Shown here in pieces: positions 38,442 to 56,117 of a stretch of 64,000 nucleotides of DNA; positions within the stretch are counted from its first letter, which is position 1; each line of letters opens with the position of its first letter. Source of the DNA: the human T2T-CHM13v2.0 reference genome, Homo sapiens; assembly GCF_009914755.1 (NCBI RefSeq), contig NC_060939.1; one strand, written 5' to 3'. The notes under the pieces are model-generated. The model was not told the DNA's origin. It made no database searches and saw nothing but the letters and a program-made list of their open reading frames with translations. Position numbers and translations under genes: made by a program.

Positions 38442-38521
38442 ATCATTCTTTTTACTGCTTCTAAGAAGGTGTATGCAGACAAGTTACTGAACATACTAGA
38501 CCCTAAAAAGCAACTGGTCAG
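38442..38521 (+). CDS. CTDSPL2: CTDSPL2 coding exon (approx. exon 10; I345-V370)
   Basis: tatag|ATC ... TCAG|gtaaat; 80 nt, phase 0-2; encodes IILFTASKKVYADKLLNILDPKKQLV (HAD motif II FTAS); follows a 104-nt intron. Confidence 0.95.
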
Positions 38522-39338
38522 GTAAATTTAATTAAGAAATAGTGGAAATGTCTGTCACACTGATCTATGAAATTACTGATTCTATTTCATTTTAATGGCC
38601 ATTTTCAGTTGGCTGCATATGTGTTGAATGGTGAATATAAATGAATTTTTTAAGCCCCTAAACTCTTTAAAAGAGTTCCTAATGATGGAACTCCAGACAG
38701 ACGTTCTTTAAAGGATACAAAGATCCAGTGCCTTTATTCACTGTGACATCTATATCCTCATTTCTTTTGGGATTGGGGAAGACGGGGGTTGGGGGGGTTG
38801 TGTGGAATTTTTCCACGTTGTGCATGATGTTTCATCTCCATATGTCTCTGAGGTAATGCATGTTAATTTACTTTTTAATGGCATAGAGAAATAAAAATTA
38901 TTTTTTAACAGAAAGGATCAAATTAAGCCCTTGCTTTTTTTGAAAGCAAATTTATCTTCCATGGAAAGAAAATGTTACATGAATCTGATTGGAAATTACA
39001 GTGGGTTTAGTCACTCAGGTTATCCTGACTGGACTCAGTTCCTTGTGTGTGCCCTGAGCCAGCAGATGCAGTGTTTTCCTGGTTAGTGGGAGTGCCGTGG
39101 TGATTTTAAAATATTATGATAATTAGTTCCATTATTTTGTCAGCTGAAGTGAGATAGTAAGACTGCAGCAGTCTTGCTGTATCCTTTAAGAGGAGGGGTT
39201 AATCTTTGAATTTTTGATCAAAAGCTGAGAGAGATGACACAAACGGCTCATAAAAGCTTTAATAGGGCCAGGCGCGGTGGCTCACGCCTGTAATCCCAGC
39301 ACTTTGGGAGGCTGAGTCTGGCTAATCACCTGAGGTCA

Positions 39339-39548
<210 letters not shown>

Positions 39549-39571
39549 TCAAAAAAAAAGACTTTAATAGC

Positions 39572-39678
39572 TGGGTTGGTTGGTTGGTTCGTTCGTTCTT
39601 TCTCTCTCTCTTTCTTTCTTTCTTTCTCTCCTCTCTCTTTCTCTATTTCTTTCTTTCTTTTTCTTTTTTTTTTTTTTT
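39572..39678. repeat. Compound microsatellite (TTGG)n(TTCG)n(TC)n(TTTC)n(T)n between tail-to-tail Alus
   Basis: Directly visible. Confidence 0.85.
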
Positions 39679-39810
39679 GAGGCGGATTCTCACTCTGTTG
39701 CCCAGGCTGGAGTGCAGTTTGCAATCTCTGCCTTCTGAGTTTAAAAGATTCTCCTGCCTCAGCCTCTCGAGTAGCTGGGACTACAGGTGTGTGCCACCAC
39801 ACCTGGCTAA

Positions 39811-39948
<138 letters not shown>

Positions 39949-40901
39949 TGAGTATAAATTTTCTTAAATACTTTTCCCATGTTGTCTTACTGGAAAATCC
40001 TAAAGTGTATTTTCTGCTGTTAACAGTACCTTTATTATTCAGTGGTTGCAAGTATACTGAAAGGCTTTTCCTAATGTTCATATTTTGGAAGGTTTTTTAT
40101 TCTAAATAAAGCTGTGGTATCTTTTGTTTTTTAATCTAAAGGGTCAAAATAAGTAAGCTGCAGTCACACAAATGGGAAATGGTATTTTCTGTTCACAAAA
40201 GTATATTGTAATTTATGCTAATTTTACCTCACTTTACTAAAGTATACCCAGTGATTTTGTTTTGATGACTTCATTCATTATAATGATTTCTGTTCAGCAT
40301 CTCCAGTATTCCAGGGAACAGTGGTGAGCAACACAAGCTCTTCCCTCTTGGAGCTTTCATTTACTAATGAGGAACAAATGATAGTCATGTTATGACAATG
40401 TGTTATAAATTAACAATCCTCTTTTAAACTAGATTTATAAAACCTACACACTTGAGGGTTTCCATTTGTTCTATCTAGATGTATTTTGAGAAATCTGAAA
40501 CAAAAGCTTGTTTTTTTGTTTGTTTGTTTGTTGTTTGAAACAGTCTTGCTCTGTCACCCAGCCTGGAGTGCAGTGGTGCGATCTTGGCTCACTGTAAACT
40601 CGGCCTCCCAGATTCAAGCGATTCTCCTGCCTCAGCCTCCTGATAAGCTGGGATTGCAGGCGCGCATCACCACGCCCAGCTAATTTTTGTATTTTTAATA
40701 GAGACGGGGTTTCATCATGTTGGTCAGGCTGGTCTGGAACTCCTGACCTCGTGATCCGCCCACGTTGGCCTCCCAAAGTGCTGGGATTACAGGCGTGAGC
40801 CACCGCGCCTGGCCAACAAAAGCGTTTCAAAGAGTAGATTGTGAGTGCTATAGGGAATTGTCTGTGTTGGTGACAAGGTAGACTCTAAGAAATTCCTATG
40901 A

Positions 40902-41066
<165 letters not shown>

Positions 41067-42334
41067 TAATCCCAGCTACTCGGGAGGCAGAGGTTGCAGT
41101 GAGCCGAGAGTCTGCCATTGCACTCCAGCCTGGGCGACAGTGGGAGACTCCGTCTCAAAAAAAAAAAAAGAAGAAAAAAAGAAATTCCTGTGATCTCTAA
41201 ATCTCATGAGTTTCTAACACAAGTCTGTACTCACATGGATGATCTGCTCTTTGATGACTGGTACAAATAGTTTTTTTCTAAAAATGCAAATACATGCTAT
41301 ACACCCTCAGATTCCTGAATGAATAATTGGAAGGCTTTTACTGTAATTTAATTAAAATAACTGTAGTATCCACGTACAGATTCAGTTGTCTCCTGTCTCA
41401 ATGAGTTTGCCACTATCGGTGAAGAGGCATCAACAGTGACTTGAATTTACATGCTGTATCTGCCTTTCCAGTTTCCTCATATCTAAATGTTTATAGAAAT
41501 AAAACAGTGAATCTTATTTAGGCCCAACCAAGGCTTGAATTAATTTACTTAGTCTTTTTTGTTGTTGTTTTTTCAAAGTAGAACTGACTAAACTTTCCCG
41601 GGGCCAGATGATCGTTTGACTGTGATTATTAAAGTTATTCCTTATAATAAGGGGGAAAGAACTGCTTATACATTTTGTCTGTTCGTTAAATTCTTCCTTT
41701 TTGCCATACCAACTGGCACTGATAATTTTAAGGTTGAGTTTTTATTTGTGTGTGTATATGTAGATTTTTATTTATTCTTGGTAGCACTGTGACAGATTTT
41801 GTGGGTAGAAAATACCAGTTTCTTGAAATTGCATAATTTAAAATACAGGTCCAAATAGGTCCTAGATTTTGTAAAATTGTTAGTGTGATTAAGACACAAG
41901 GAAGACAACTTACCAATTATTAATATATACAGAATAGAGTACTTCAAGGTAGAAAAAAATTATATGAAACAATTATTAGTAATGTTCAGAGACTAGTATT
42001 TTGAGTATAAATTGAGATTATAATAATCACTTTAGTATTGTAAAACCTTTAATAGCTTTCTAAAATGATGTAGTATTTTTCTATGTGAGTGAAATATCAG
42101 TTTACATTTATAATACTTGATACTTAAATCTGAATTCCTCATTTCACTTAATCTTTTTTCAAATGATCATACACATATACTAAAAGAGGGGTGTTTAGGA
42201 AAAGTTGAAATGATGGAATGTTTTGGTCTTAGGACCTTTTCTCAAAAAAAATAAGGAAATCTAAAAAGCATTTTTTCAAATGCCAACACAAAAACATTCC
42301 TTCTTATATTTTCTATTCTGGCATGTACAGGGAT

Positions 42335-42485
42335 AGGGAGGCTGTGTGGTCCACTGGTTAGAGCCAAGGACTGGGAGCCAGGAGGATCCTGGGTTCCAAT
42401 GCGGGGCTAACCACTGACTTACTGTGTGACCTTGGGCAAGTCACTTGACCTCCTTGTTCCTCAGTCAACCATCTGGAAAATTGGT
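42335..42485 (+). mobile_element. MIR-family (MIR3/MIRc-like) SINE, tRNA head plus core
   Basis: TGTGGTCCACTGGTTAGAGC..GGACTGGGAGCCAGGA..CCTGGGTTC..CTGTGTGACCTTGGGCAAGTCACTT. Confidence 0.85.
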
Positions 42486-42845
42486 TAAAAAGCAGGACCT
42501 CGCTGACAACCAGATGCTGCATCTGAGCTGAGCTTTCTTGGGTAAATAAATTACAAAAACAATTTAGAGTTTTTAATCCCCCTTTATAATTTAATAATAA
42601 CATTTTGGGATAAACTCAAGTTCTTTAAGGCATAGTAATATTTGGTTGTAAGCTTTCAGTAATTGCTTAGAATTTTTATAGTAAAATGGCAGCCCAACGC
42701 TTAGACCCATATTTGTGTTTGAATTTCCTTCAAGAGAGAAAATCATATGGCTTAAACTATAAAGCCTATGGTGTATATATATGTGTATATGTTCTACTTT
42801 TTAGAAAGTTTTTTTTTTTTAATTTGTTTTTATTTTTATGTTTAG

Positions 42846-42972
42846 GCACCGGCTTTTCCGTGAACATTGTGTTTGTGTACAAGGAAACTATATAAAGGAC
42901 TTAAATATTCTTGGAAGAGATCTTTCAAAAACTATAATAATTGACAACTCACCACAAGCCTTTGCATATCAG
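42846..42972 (+). CDS. CTDSPL2: CTDSPL2 coding exon (approx. exon 11; R371-Q413)
   Basis: tttag|GCAC ... CAG|gtagga; 127 nt, phase 2-0; encodes [27 protein letters not shown] (HAD motifs III/IV). Confidence 0.96.
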
Positions 42973-43409
42973 GTAGGAAGAAAGTTGATAAACAAACTCA
43001 GATTGGAAAAAATACAATGAAGACACATGCTGCCAAACAGAATATGATGGGAGAAGAAGAAGAGAATTTTCACTGGTGGAATTTCCCTTTAATGTGTCAT
43101 TTTTTTAGAATTAGAAATGACAAAGTGGTATATTCCTTTTGGAAAATTTTTACTTAAATGACATGCAGCATAAATGAAGAAAAACCTGAGTAAGAAAACT
43201 ATAAGATAAGCATCATTGAATAGCATTCTTATCAGTTATTAAATCAGTAATTAGTAATTTAATCATAAACATATTTGAGTACTATAGTTAGTTTATGTTC
43301 TTCTGGTCTGGTTATTTGGTTTAATGTTCTGAAATATTTTCTTAGACTATTTTGTCAATATATTTGTACCCTTTGTTAATATTTCTTTGACGTATAACTA
43401 CAAATATAG

Positions 43410-43730
<321 letters not shown>

Positions 43731-43805
43731 TGAGCCACTGCGCCTGCCTGATGAGTCATCCTTTCAAGGTATATTTTAGATTATGAATATGTCCATGTGA
43801 TATGA

Positions 43806-43925
<120 letters not shown>

Positions 43926-44987
43926 TGATTCTCCTGCCTCCACCTCCTTAGTAGCTGGCACTACAGGTGCGCGCCACTATGCCGTGCTAATTTTTTTGTA
44001 TTATTAGTAGAGACGGGGTTTTGCTGTGTTGGCCAGGCTGGTCTCGAACTTCTGACCTCAGGTGATCCCACCTGTCTCAGCCTCCCAAAGTGCTGGGATT
44101 ACAGTTGTGAGCTACCACACCCAGCCCCATGTGATAGGATTTCTTAGATTTGCTTCACAATAAGCCAGTCCAGAATAGGGATGATGCAAAGTGGATTGGA
44201 GTATAAACTAGATTTGTCCTGTGTTTCAAAATGTCTATAATAAAAAGAAAACAAGTGAAAAGCTGTATATGATACTAAGTTATATTTAGGTCCTTACTTT
44301 TATTTGTTTACATTTAAAAATGTCTTTTAAGAATTTCATCTTGGTTCCTAGTTAAAATTATATCAATTATCCTCCATCTCATATACAACATTTAGCCTAA
44401 ATTTTAAAACATTTTATCCCAGAGATTATTCACCATAAAATAAATATGGCTTGCATTCTTGTTTTTAGGCTCCTCTTCAATGAAATACCATTAATTTGTT
44501 AAGTTTCTACTATATTTCAAGTTATCATCCTACTCGATGGGAATAGAATAATGAATGGGAGATATGGTCACTGTATTTAAGGGGAAAAAAAAGTATAGGC
44601 TTTTCTATATTCTCTTTAGATTGGCAGTGTCCCATCATTCACAGTGCCTACCTAGCATTGTACTAATTGTAACTATTTCTTGAAGGAATAATGGAATATT
44701 TTATTTATATTAATGATCCTTATAAAATGTATTTTAATGGAACTTTCTTGTTTAGTTTTATATACTCTGAGAAGAAATGACACTGAAAAACCAATAGGCT
44801 TCAATTTATTTCCTTATCCTCTGTCTCTTGCACTATTGAGTTGTCAAAGAAAAGTCTGGTGACATTACTTTTCAAAGGAACTTTTAGATCAGTGTTTACT
44901 TAATAAATCTTTGTTTATTTTTTAACTTTTTCCAAACTAGGTAAAATATAAGTAAAAGAGGATTTAATTACTTATTTATTGTTTTAG

Positions 44988-45083
44988 CTTTCTAATGGAA
45001 TCCCTATAGAAAGTTGGTTTATGGATAAAAATGACAATGAACTCCTAAAATTGATTCCATTCCTGGAGAAGCTTGTAGAACTG
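44988..45083 (+). CDS. CTDSPL2: CTDSPL2 coding exon (approx. exon 12; L414-L445)
   Basis: ttttag|CTT ... CTG|gtaagt; 96 nt; encodes [32 protein letters not shown]. Confidence 0.96.
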
Positions 45084-45333
45084 GTAAGTGTAGCTTATCT
45101 TTTTCTGTTGTGTTTTTGTTAGCTCAACTATATTGAAATAAATATTTTTAAATGTCTTTGCTTTGTGTGTACTGACTTATAAAGTCAACTGTGAGCCAGG
45201 TCACAGGTGCCATCATAGGCGCCTGTAGTGCCAGCTACTTTAGAGTCTGAGGCAGGAGGATTGATTGAGCCTAGGAATTTGAGGTCATACTAGGCAACAT
45301 AGTGAGACTCCAGCTCTTTAAAACATAATGATG

Positions 45334-45776
<443 letters not shown>

Positions 45777-46144
45777 TCACTATTCACAGCAGCCTTGACT
45801 TCCTGGGCTCAATCTATCCTCCTGCCTCAGCCTCTTGGGTAGCTAGGACTATAGGCATGTGCGACCATGCCTGTCTAATTTTTGTATTTTTTGTAGAGAT
45901 GGGATTTCACTGTGTTTCCCAGGCTGGTCTTGAACTCATGGGCTCAAACTATCTGCCCATCTCAGCCTCCCATAATGCTGGGATTACAGACGTGAGCCAT
46001 CATGCCCAACCACATTTTCAGACTTTATATATTATATTAACATTATGCTTATCAGTACTTAAGAATTTATAGATTGAATGTCTTTACTATTTCAGTGGTC
46101 TTTCTCTTACAAATTGCTAAGCAGTTGTGTTAGAAATAACATTA

Positions 46145-46477
<333 letters not shown>

Positions 46478-46515
46478 TTATAATTCACATCTAGAATTAA
46501 TGCTTATGCTACTGA

Positions 46516-46975
<460 letters not shown>

Positions 46976-47037
46976 TAATCCCACCATTTTGGAAGGCTAA
47001 GGTGGGAGGATTGCTTGAGGCCAGGAGTTTGAGACTA

Positions 47038-47271
<234 letters not shown>

Positions 47272-47362
47272 TCATTCATTCATTCGTTCATTTATAAATA
47301 AACAAACAAACAAATCTTCTTGGGAGGCCAAGGTGGGCAGATAACCTGAGGTCAGGAGTTCA

Positions 47363-47644
<282 letters not shown>

Positions 47645-47774
47645 CTATTTGGCAAATAAAATATGTCATAAAATAAAAACTGGTATGTTTTCTCTGCAAG
47701 GTAAGAATGTATGTTATGAGGATCATATCTTTGAAATTTTATGCCTTTTTAAAAATTGTCTTTTTTCCACGCAG

Positions 47775-47840
47775 AATGAAGATGTTCGACCACACATCAG
47801 AGACAGATTTCGCTTGCATGATTTGCTGCCCCCAGATTAA
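47775..47840 (+). CDS. CTDSPL2: CTDSPL2 last coding exon segment (N446-D466, stop TAA)
   Basis: ttttttccacgcag|AAT; encodes [21 protein letters not shown]. Confidence 0.96.
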   Translation, partial: NEDVRPHIRDRFRLHDLLPPD

Positions 47841-50800
47841 GTACAAAGACTTGTCAAATCACTGAAGGGGGAGAGAATGCAGGACCCTTTTGGACTAAGA
47901 CAAAAACATTGCCATTACTGTTGAAATTTTGCATTTTTGTACCCCGTCTTGCTTTTCTTATCTTTGGTGCCCAATAATAATTAAGGGTTACAGAAAGAGA
48001 CTTTATCTATCTCAGATCGAATACATATAGTAGGTAGGCTAAAACAGAAGAGTCTTTAGAACTAGTGCAACTCCAGTGAAATTTTTTATGTACAGGACAT
48101 CTGCAGTTTATAAAGAATTCTGTTTCTGCCACCAGCAGTTTGACCTGTAGTCACACAGGATTTTATGATAATAACAGAGATGAAAATGGACTTTTATTTT
48201 CTCTCTGTTTGGTGCTCTAAGTGGGTTTGTAGCCACTTTTCTGTTACTTTATGATTCTCATTTCAACAGGAATGGCCAGTAAAAGTTGTTTTATTTTTCC
48301 TGTTAAGGTTTATAACCTTTTTACATTTTTGACCTGTATTAGATTAGAATTTCATTATGCATTCCTTTTAGTTGAGGCGCTTCATAGTTTTCTGGAGATA
48401 GTCAATTTTTAGTTTTTTATTATACATTTGAATGGCCGTTTTCCTGCTTTGTCTGCCTGCACATTGTATATTTGTTTAAAAATATTCTCTACTTTTAGTC
48501 TATGTAAGTTTCATTTAGAAAGACATGCATTTATATTTTGTTTCTGTAATATTCTACTGTAGGTGAAATCTTTTCAAAAATCAAGAGACTGGGTAGATAA
48601 GAATATATGAATGACTAATATACAAAAGATTTAAACCATTGTGATGGCGTATATTCTCAAATGGTAATATCTTGCAATGGCACACAGATTTAATGGATAA
48701 AGGTATACCTCAGACTTCACTGTGCTCACAAATCTTTGAGGAGAAAGTTTGGTCACCTGTTTGGCTTGATTTAGTTACTGCTGCCTTTGGTTTTCTCCAG
48801 GAATGAAGTATTCAGCACAGTGACTCAGTATTTTTAGTTATTTTGCATGGGCTGGTAGTACCTCTGTTATGCTCTCAGTTACAATCAATTTAAAACTGTA
48901 TAACAGTCTTGGTACCTAACAGTAGCTATGCATAATCCTGTGGCACAGTACACTCCCAAGCCACCAATGCAGTTAATATGCTCTCATAGTGGTTTTTCTA
49001 TGCTATATGAAAATAGTCTTCAAGCCTTGGTTCTCTAATGCAGCTACCACAAGAGGTTGATATTTTTATAGTGGCGTGTAATCTCCTTTTCGGGAGGCTT
49101 TTTATGGAAGGTAGAATTTGTAAAAGTTCGTATGCTTTGCCTCTCAACTGCATTAACATGCCACAGGCTCAGACTGTTTTTGTGTAAAGGATGTCAAAGA
49201 ACGGCACTTTTTCTAAAGAGAAGTTTGATATTTTGTATGCTTGTTAAGAAAGTACAGTATTGGAAATTAAAGGTGGACAACTGATAATTGAGGAGTATGT
49301 CAATTAATTTTTTATGTATATTACCTGTTTACTTGTACAACTTACTGTACAAATTACATGCAGCTTCATTTTCAAATGAATCCTTAAAATAAGGAAATCT
49401 TTTTAGGAAAACATTTAATTTTTGTATTTTTGATTTTAAAGGCATGAGTTATGTCAATTTTCAGTGTATTAATGAAGATTTTAACTTTTCATCAGGTTGA
49501 GTGTTTTCTTACTATATTATCTGTTGTGTATGTAGTTAGCATATTGTGTCACTGAACTGTTTAAAAATCTAGCATGTAGAGCAAGCCTGTTTTGTGGAAA
49601 ATCCTTATTCATTAAAAAAATAATCATGGCAGATTTTCTGCAAAAAAAAAACAAAAGCATTTGCAATTCAGAATACTGATTTTTTTAATTTTATTTAAAG
49701 AAAGGTATTTTGCTTGCAGGAAAAAAATACTACAGATTCATTTTAATGAGAATCTTTGAAATGTATTTATCTTTAGGGCATCTGGGCATCTTTATGCTGT
49801 TTGTCTTCTGTCTTTCTTGAAATAAAATGTACATACGTTACCTTTACATATGCTCTTGCTCAAAATTGTGAACCTAGTTACATTTCTCCCTGCTCCCTTC
49901 CTTTTTATGCTCAAACAGCGAAACCCAAAACTTAAAAGATCTGAACTTTCAGCATGCATTCTGATTGCTGAAAGATTTCCTGATTTAGTGCATTCTCAAA
50001 AGGGCTTTCCCATAATCTAAAGGGAAATGTAAGCACCTATACTCTTGTGCCTGTGGGCACTTCAATAATAAAAACCAACTTTTTAAACTAATCATCTTTT
50101 ATCAATGATAAAGTTGTTTTCAGTCCCACACTAGGAGAGTTCCTTTAAGTCAGCTGATCAAGCATAAGATACTTCCGTAAAGAAATAAACTAAGAAAATT
50201 TTTTATGGCTTGAGAAAATTCCTTGAGGCCAAATTAATATATTTTTCTTTGTTATTTTATTTGAGTCATTTTAAATTTGTTAATACAAAATTTAAGATAA
50301 TTTACAGAGACAATTTATCCAGCTTCCTTCTACCTTAATACAATGTTTTGTCTTCCCATTATCCTCTCTTTTCTTTATCTGTTGGTAGATGTAAAAAACT
50401 TCCATTTAGTTAATCGGAGGTGTGTATTTTTTAAATTGAAATGTGCCCAGCCCCTTCAGCTCACACAGGAAACATGAACTCTTAAAAAACTGACTAGTAA
50501 ATGCAGGAGAGGTGGATACCTGATGAGACACAGCGAAAGTGACCTGTATACACATTACAACTCTGGAGTACATATTAAAGTCGTGCTATTTCCAGTGGTA
50601 AATGTCTGACTTTTAAGACATTCTTTTAAATATTTGTATCATTGTTAGGATGTTTTAATCAGTTGTTTTTTAATTCCATGTAATATATGTAGCCCTCATC
50701 AGATTTATATCACCATATTTCTCCTTGTGTCCTAAGAGAATTGATGACAATTCGTAACCATAAATTGTTTTATATTAGCTAGTATGTATATTTATTTTTA

Positions 50801-51883
50801 CCCAATGGCTTTATCTGTTTCCCAAAATTTGTTTGGGATTTGTTGAAAGCATTGTGTAACTTCTATAAACGGCTATTTTCTTGTAACTGTCAGTGAAATG
50901 AATGTGTACATTGTTTTCTTGTATTTCTCTGGGTTGTTTTTTGTTTTTTTTTCCAAGGGTTAACATAGAATGTTTTTTTTAAAAAATTATCTTTGGCCAA
51001 TGACTTTTTCATCTAGATCTTACTTTCATTCAACCTTCTAAAGAAGTTCGTTTCTCATTGTTTTGTTCTGTCAACTTGCCTGAAAAACAGAGACTTCATC
51101 TCATCAATGAAGAAAGCATTTCATTATTCCTACAGATCTTTCCTGCGAGCACAGAATTCTTCATAAGGACCAGATCTCTTCCATGTCTGTGTCAATCACA
51201 TAAAGCTAAAATGTAAAGGACATTGAAGCCTTTATTTAATTGTACTAATATGATGGTGTTATATACTACATCATTAGCTAGTTAAGGTTTTCTGACCTGA
51301 CTTCTCTTTGTCTTCCTAGGTATTTATTTGTTATCTTTTAATCTTGTGTATCTAAATTAACTTAGTTAATAGTTACCCACCGAATAACTATGCCAAGCAA
51401 CTAGTAAAGAATGTTTATTTTATTTCCCCTTATAGGGGAAGAGTGGACTGGGAACAAAAATGTATGGGCCAAAAGGCCTTAGGGTTGTCATTCATTGACT
51501 TTCTTATTCCTCTCATGAGCTATAATTGAGTATAGTATTTTTTTAGTGCTGATGTCATTACTTCTCATGTCTTCCCCTGAGTTGAAAGCCTACGACAAAC
51601 ATGTATAAAATACATTTAAGAATTTTCAGAATATGAACCACAAAACTCAGTATCTTATATTTAAATGCTACTTAAGTTATTATTGGAATCCAAGTCTCAC
51701 TAACTAGGGTACATTTTTATAAAATGTTTCTCTGTATCTTGAATTGAAATTACTTGCCCAGAGGCAAGAGTTCTGGGGATATAACATGATTTGAGATCTT
51801 TTTTAAAAAAGGGTGGGGCGGCGGGGGAGAGAGCGACAAGTTTATACTAGTTTATGCTTTTGATATTAGTATTTTAAGATACA

Positions 51884-52095
51884 TCAGTTGATCCCGAAAC
51901 CTGACCATTAGAATTACTCTGAGGAGCTTTTAAAATAGATTCCTGGAGCCTACCCCTGGAAAATTGTCTCGCTGGATCTCGAGAGGGGCCTGAGAGTTCT
52001 GGCTTTTTTTTTTTGTTTGGTTGGTTTTGTTTTGTTTTGTTTTGTTTTTTCTTTAAAGCTCTCCTGGTGATTCTAATAGCCAGTATTGGGTAATC
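51884..52095. mobile_element. MER5-family hAT fragment
   Basis: CATTAGAATTAC..GGAGCTTTTAAAA..GATTCCTGG and TAAAGCTCTCCTGGTGATTCTAAT. Confidence 0.6.
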
Positions 52096-52609
52096 AATGT
52101 TTTAGCTAAATGTGACACTGGTTTGAGAGTAGGCAACAAAATTAAAGTTCACCAGACATCTCTTTGTGGTAGAGTTTTTTTTTTTTTAAACTGGGACCAG
52201 ATTTCACAGAGCTTATTCAAGATACATGGAGGAATAATAAAGAAGATTAAGGCTACTGCTCATTATCATTTTTGTCTTTCATATTTTTTAAGGGTTTGCA
52301 TTTCTAGGACTTGGAATAGTTGACCATATACATAGCTAAAGGACATGTCCCTGAATGAGACCATTATATATATTATCTGTAAAATATTTCACTATTTTTT
52401 TATTTTATAAATCTTTGTAGAAATAAGCAATGAAATACTACTTTCATCTTTTGAAATGGGATTTTTCAAGGCAGTGTCCTTTTGGCATTAAGGTAGGGGG
52501 GAGTTAATATTCTCTCTGCCTTGTTTCCACGTGAATCAATATTAAAGTCATGGACATTTTAAAATCTCAATTTAATTTCTTCTTATTTACTATGCAGTAT
52601 AGCCGTGAA

Positions 52610-52710
52610 CAAGTAATGTAGATTTAGTTTTCTCATCTTCAAATGCCCTGATCACCCTACCTCACAGGGTTGTTGTGGGGATAAATAAAACTTTTATGGA
52701 AGCACTTCTC
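52610..52710 (+). mobile_element. MIR fragment
   Basis: AGTTTTCTCATCT..CCTACCTCACAGGGTTGTTGTG core. Confidence 0.7.
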
Positions 52711-53689
52711 TTTGATGATATTTTATCAGCCATCAGAAACAATATAATTTCTAACAACATTTGTACAGTGCTTTTTTTTGTTTAGAAGCATATCTTTTTT
52801 TCACATTACTTTCCCTTTTGATGTTGAAAAACATAAAGGAAATTGAGACTTGGAGAAAGCTGTGACCCAAGACTATGCAGTTCCTCTGGGAGACTTGAAT
52901 TTAGTTATCACCATAATATTCTGTTTCCTAGTGCCTTGGCATTTTGTATGATTATGTTTGTTCATGAATACAAAGCTTTCTCAAGTTTGTAAGTCTATTT
53001 AGCCAACAAAATGTTCTTATAAAATGTAAGGAATATACAGTGGTACAAACTAGACCTATAGGTAATAATTCATTTTAAACTAGAAGGAAATTTCAAGTTC
53101 TAGGTGTACTCTATTTTAGTGTTTTCCCAAGATCACAGAGCTAGGACTAGAATGTAAGTCTCTTAATTACCGTTACAGTAATGATTTTGGAAGGGCATTC
53201 TTTATTGCTGGAACTACTGTGAGCAGAGGTGAAAAACACTTGAAGATACCAACCAGAATTAAAAGGGGTTGGTTTTGAAAAGGAGAGAGAAGATGGCAAG
53301 AGTGAACCAGATTATAGTGCGCTAAGATGAGGAATATACTCGATGTATGGGCTAAAATAATGAGCCAGTATCACTATAGCATAGTAGCACTCTGGTCCCA
53401 CACTAGTTTCTGTGATGAGACTTTGTGATAGCTATTTTCCCTAAGCTCCAAAGGAGTTTGAGGCGCACACAGTTTTGAAAGCCACTGCAATAATCCTTGA
53501 GAAATAAGTGATTGCACTATAACATTCTATTCAGGCAGATAGTTGACTTGAGAGCATGGTCAATGAAAGCATGAAGTTCAGAATCAAATTTGAGTTCAAG
53601 TCCCTGAAAACCCAGCCACTTAATAAGCAAGAGGGTTGTTACCTACCTTTCAGAATTACAAGGATCAAATGAAATGTCAAAACATGTTA

Positions 53690-54273
<584 letters not shown>

Positions 54274-54833
54274 TTAAAATCTTAAGCTTAAAATCTACCA
54301 GTAGAGAAAGTCAAGATCCTTTTATTGGTTAAAGGGCTAAAGCTAGGCTTGGCTGTGGGGAGAGGAGGCTCAGGGGAGTAAATGATCAGGTGCGTATTTT
54401 AAAAGATCGCTTTGGAAATAGAGTGGGTGGGTGGGAGGCCAGTTAGCAGTTATATAACTCTCCATGTAAAGTATTCCCTTTCTCTAAGTTAATGCACTGG
54501 GTGATAGCATCATAGTGGACAGTCAGGTCAGAAGATTGTTAAGGTTCTGGGGAGAGTATGGCTTGTGTGGCTTACTGAGAGCTTACTAATCATGTGGATT
54601 TTAGGCACTCCCTGAGGAAGGCATGTTTTTTCCGCTGGCCAGACAGGAATAGGAAGGTACTGTAGGATTTTATGGTACCCTGTAAGTATGGAAAAATATA
54701 TGGAAGTTGAATGGAGACAGTTTCGTGTCTTAAGACTCATGGGGGTAGGGTTTTGGTTTTTCGTTTTGGTTTAAAATAAAAAATTTCATTTAACTTAATC
54801 AAATCATATAAATCAAAAACTTTATTTATTTAA

Positions 54834-55285
<452 letters not shown>

Positions 55286-55637
55286 CCAATTTTTGTATTT
55301 TTAGTAGAGACAGGGTTTCACCATGTTGGCCAGGCTGGGCTCAAACTCCTGACCTCAAGTGATCCACCCGCCTGCCTTGGCCTCCCAAAGTTCTGGGATT
55401 ACAGGCATGAGCCACTGTGCTCTGCCAAAATTTGTTTTTACATGTACTCTTTTTCCCAAGAAATCATTAGAAAAAACATGCAATGACTCCATAATTTTGC
55501 ACTTTTATAAATAGGAGTTTTGACCTGCCCCTATTTCCAATTAAAACAATCTGCTCTTCAGCCTTAACCTAGTCCATCTTTATAAGATTTTGAGTCTGAT
55601 GCTTAAGGTACTTCCTCTTAAAAAGAAGCTATAAAGG

Positions 55638-56117
<480 letters not shown>

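Larger units (their letters stand above)
47841..52900 (+). other. CTDSPL2: CTDSPL2 3'UTR (long, AT-rich, Alu-free; true end(s) uncertain)
   Basis: Follows the stop; AATAAA at 49821, 50067, 50184, 52236 and 52684, CATAAA at 51199; no Alu from ~47580 to ~53910. Confidence 0.7.

Noticed and set aside
38680-38750. Possible intronic C/D snoRNA (AATGATGG...)
   Set aside because: Box C is imperfect and there is no terminal CTGA with a closing stem
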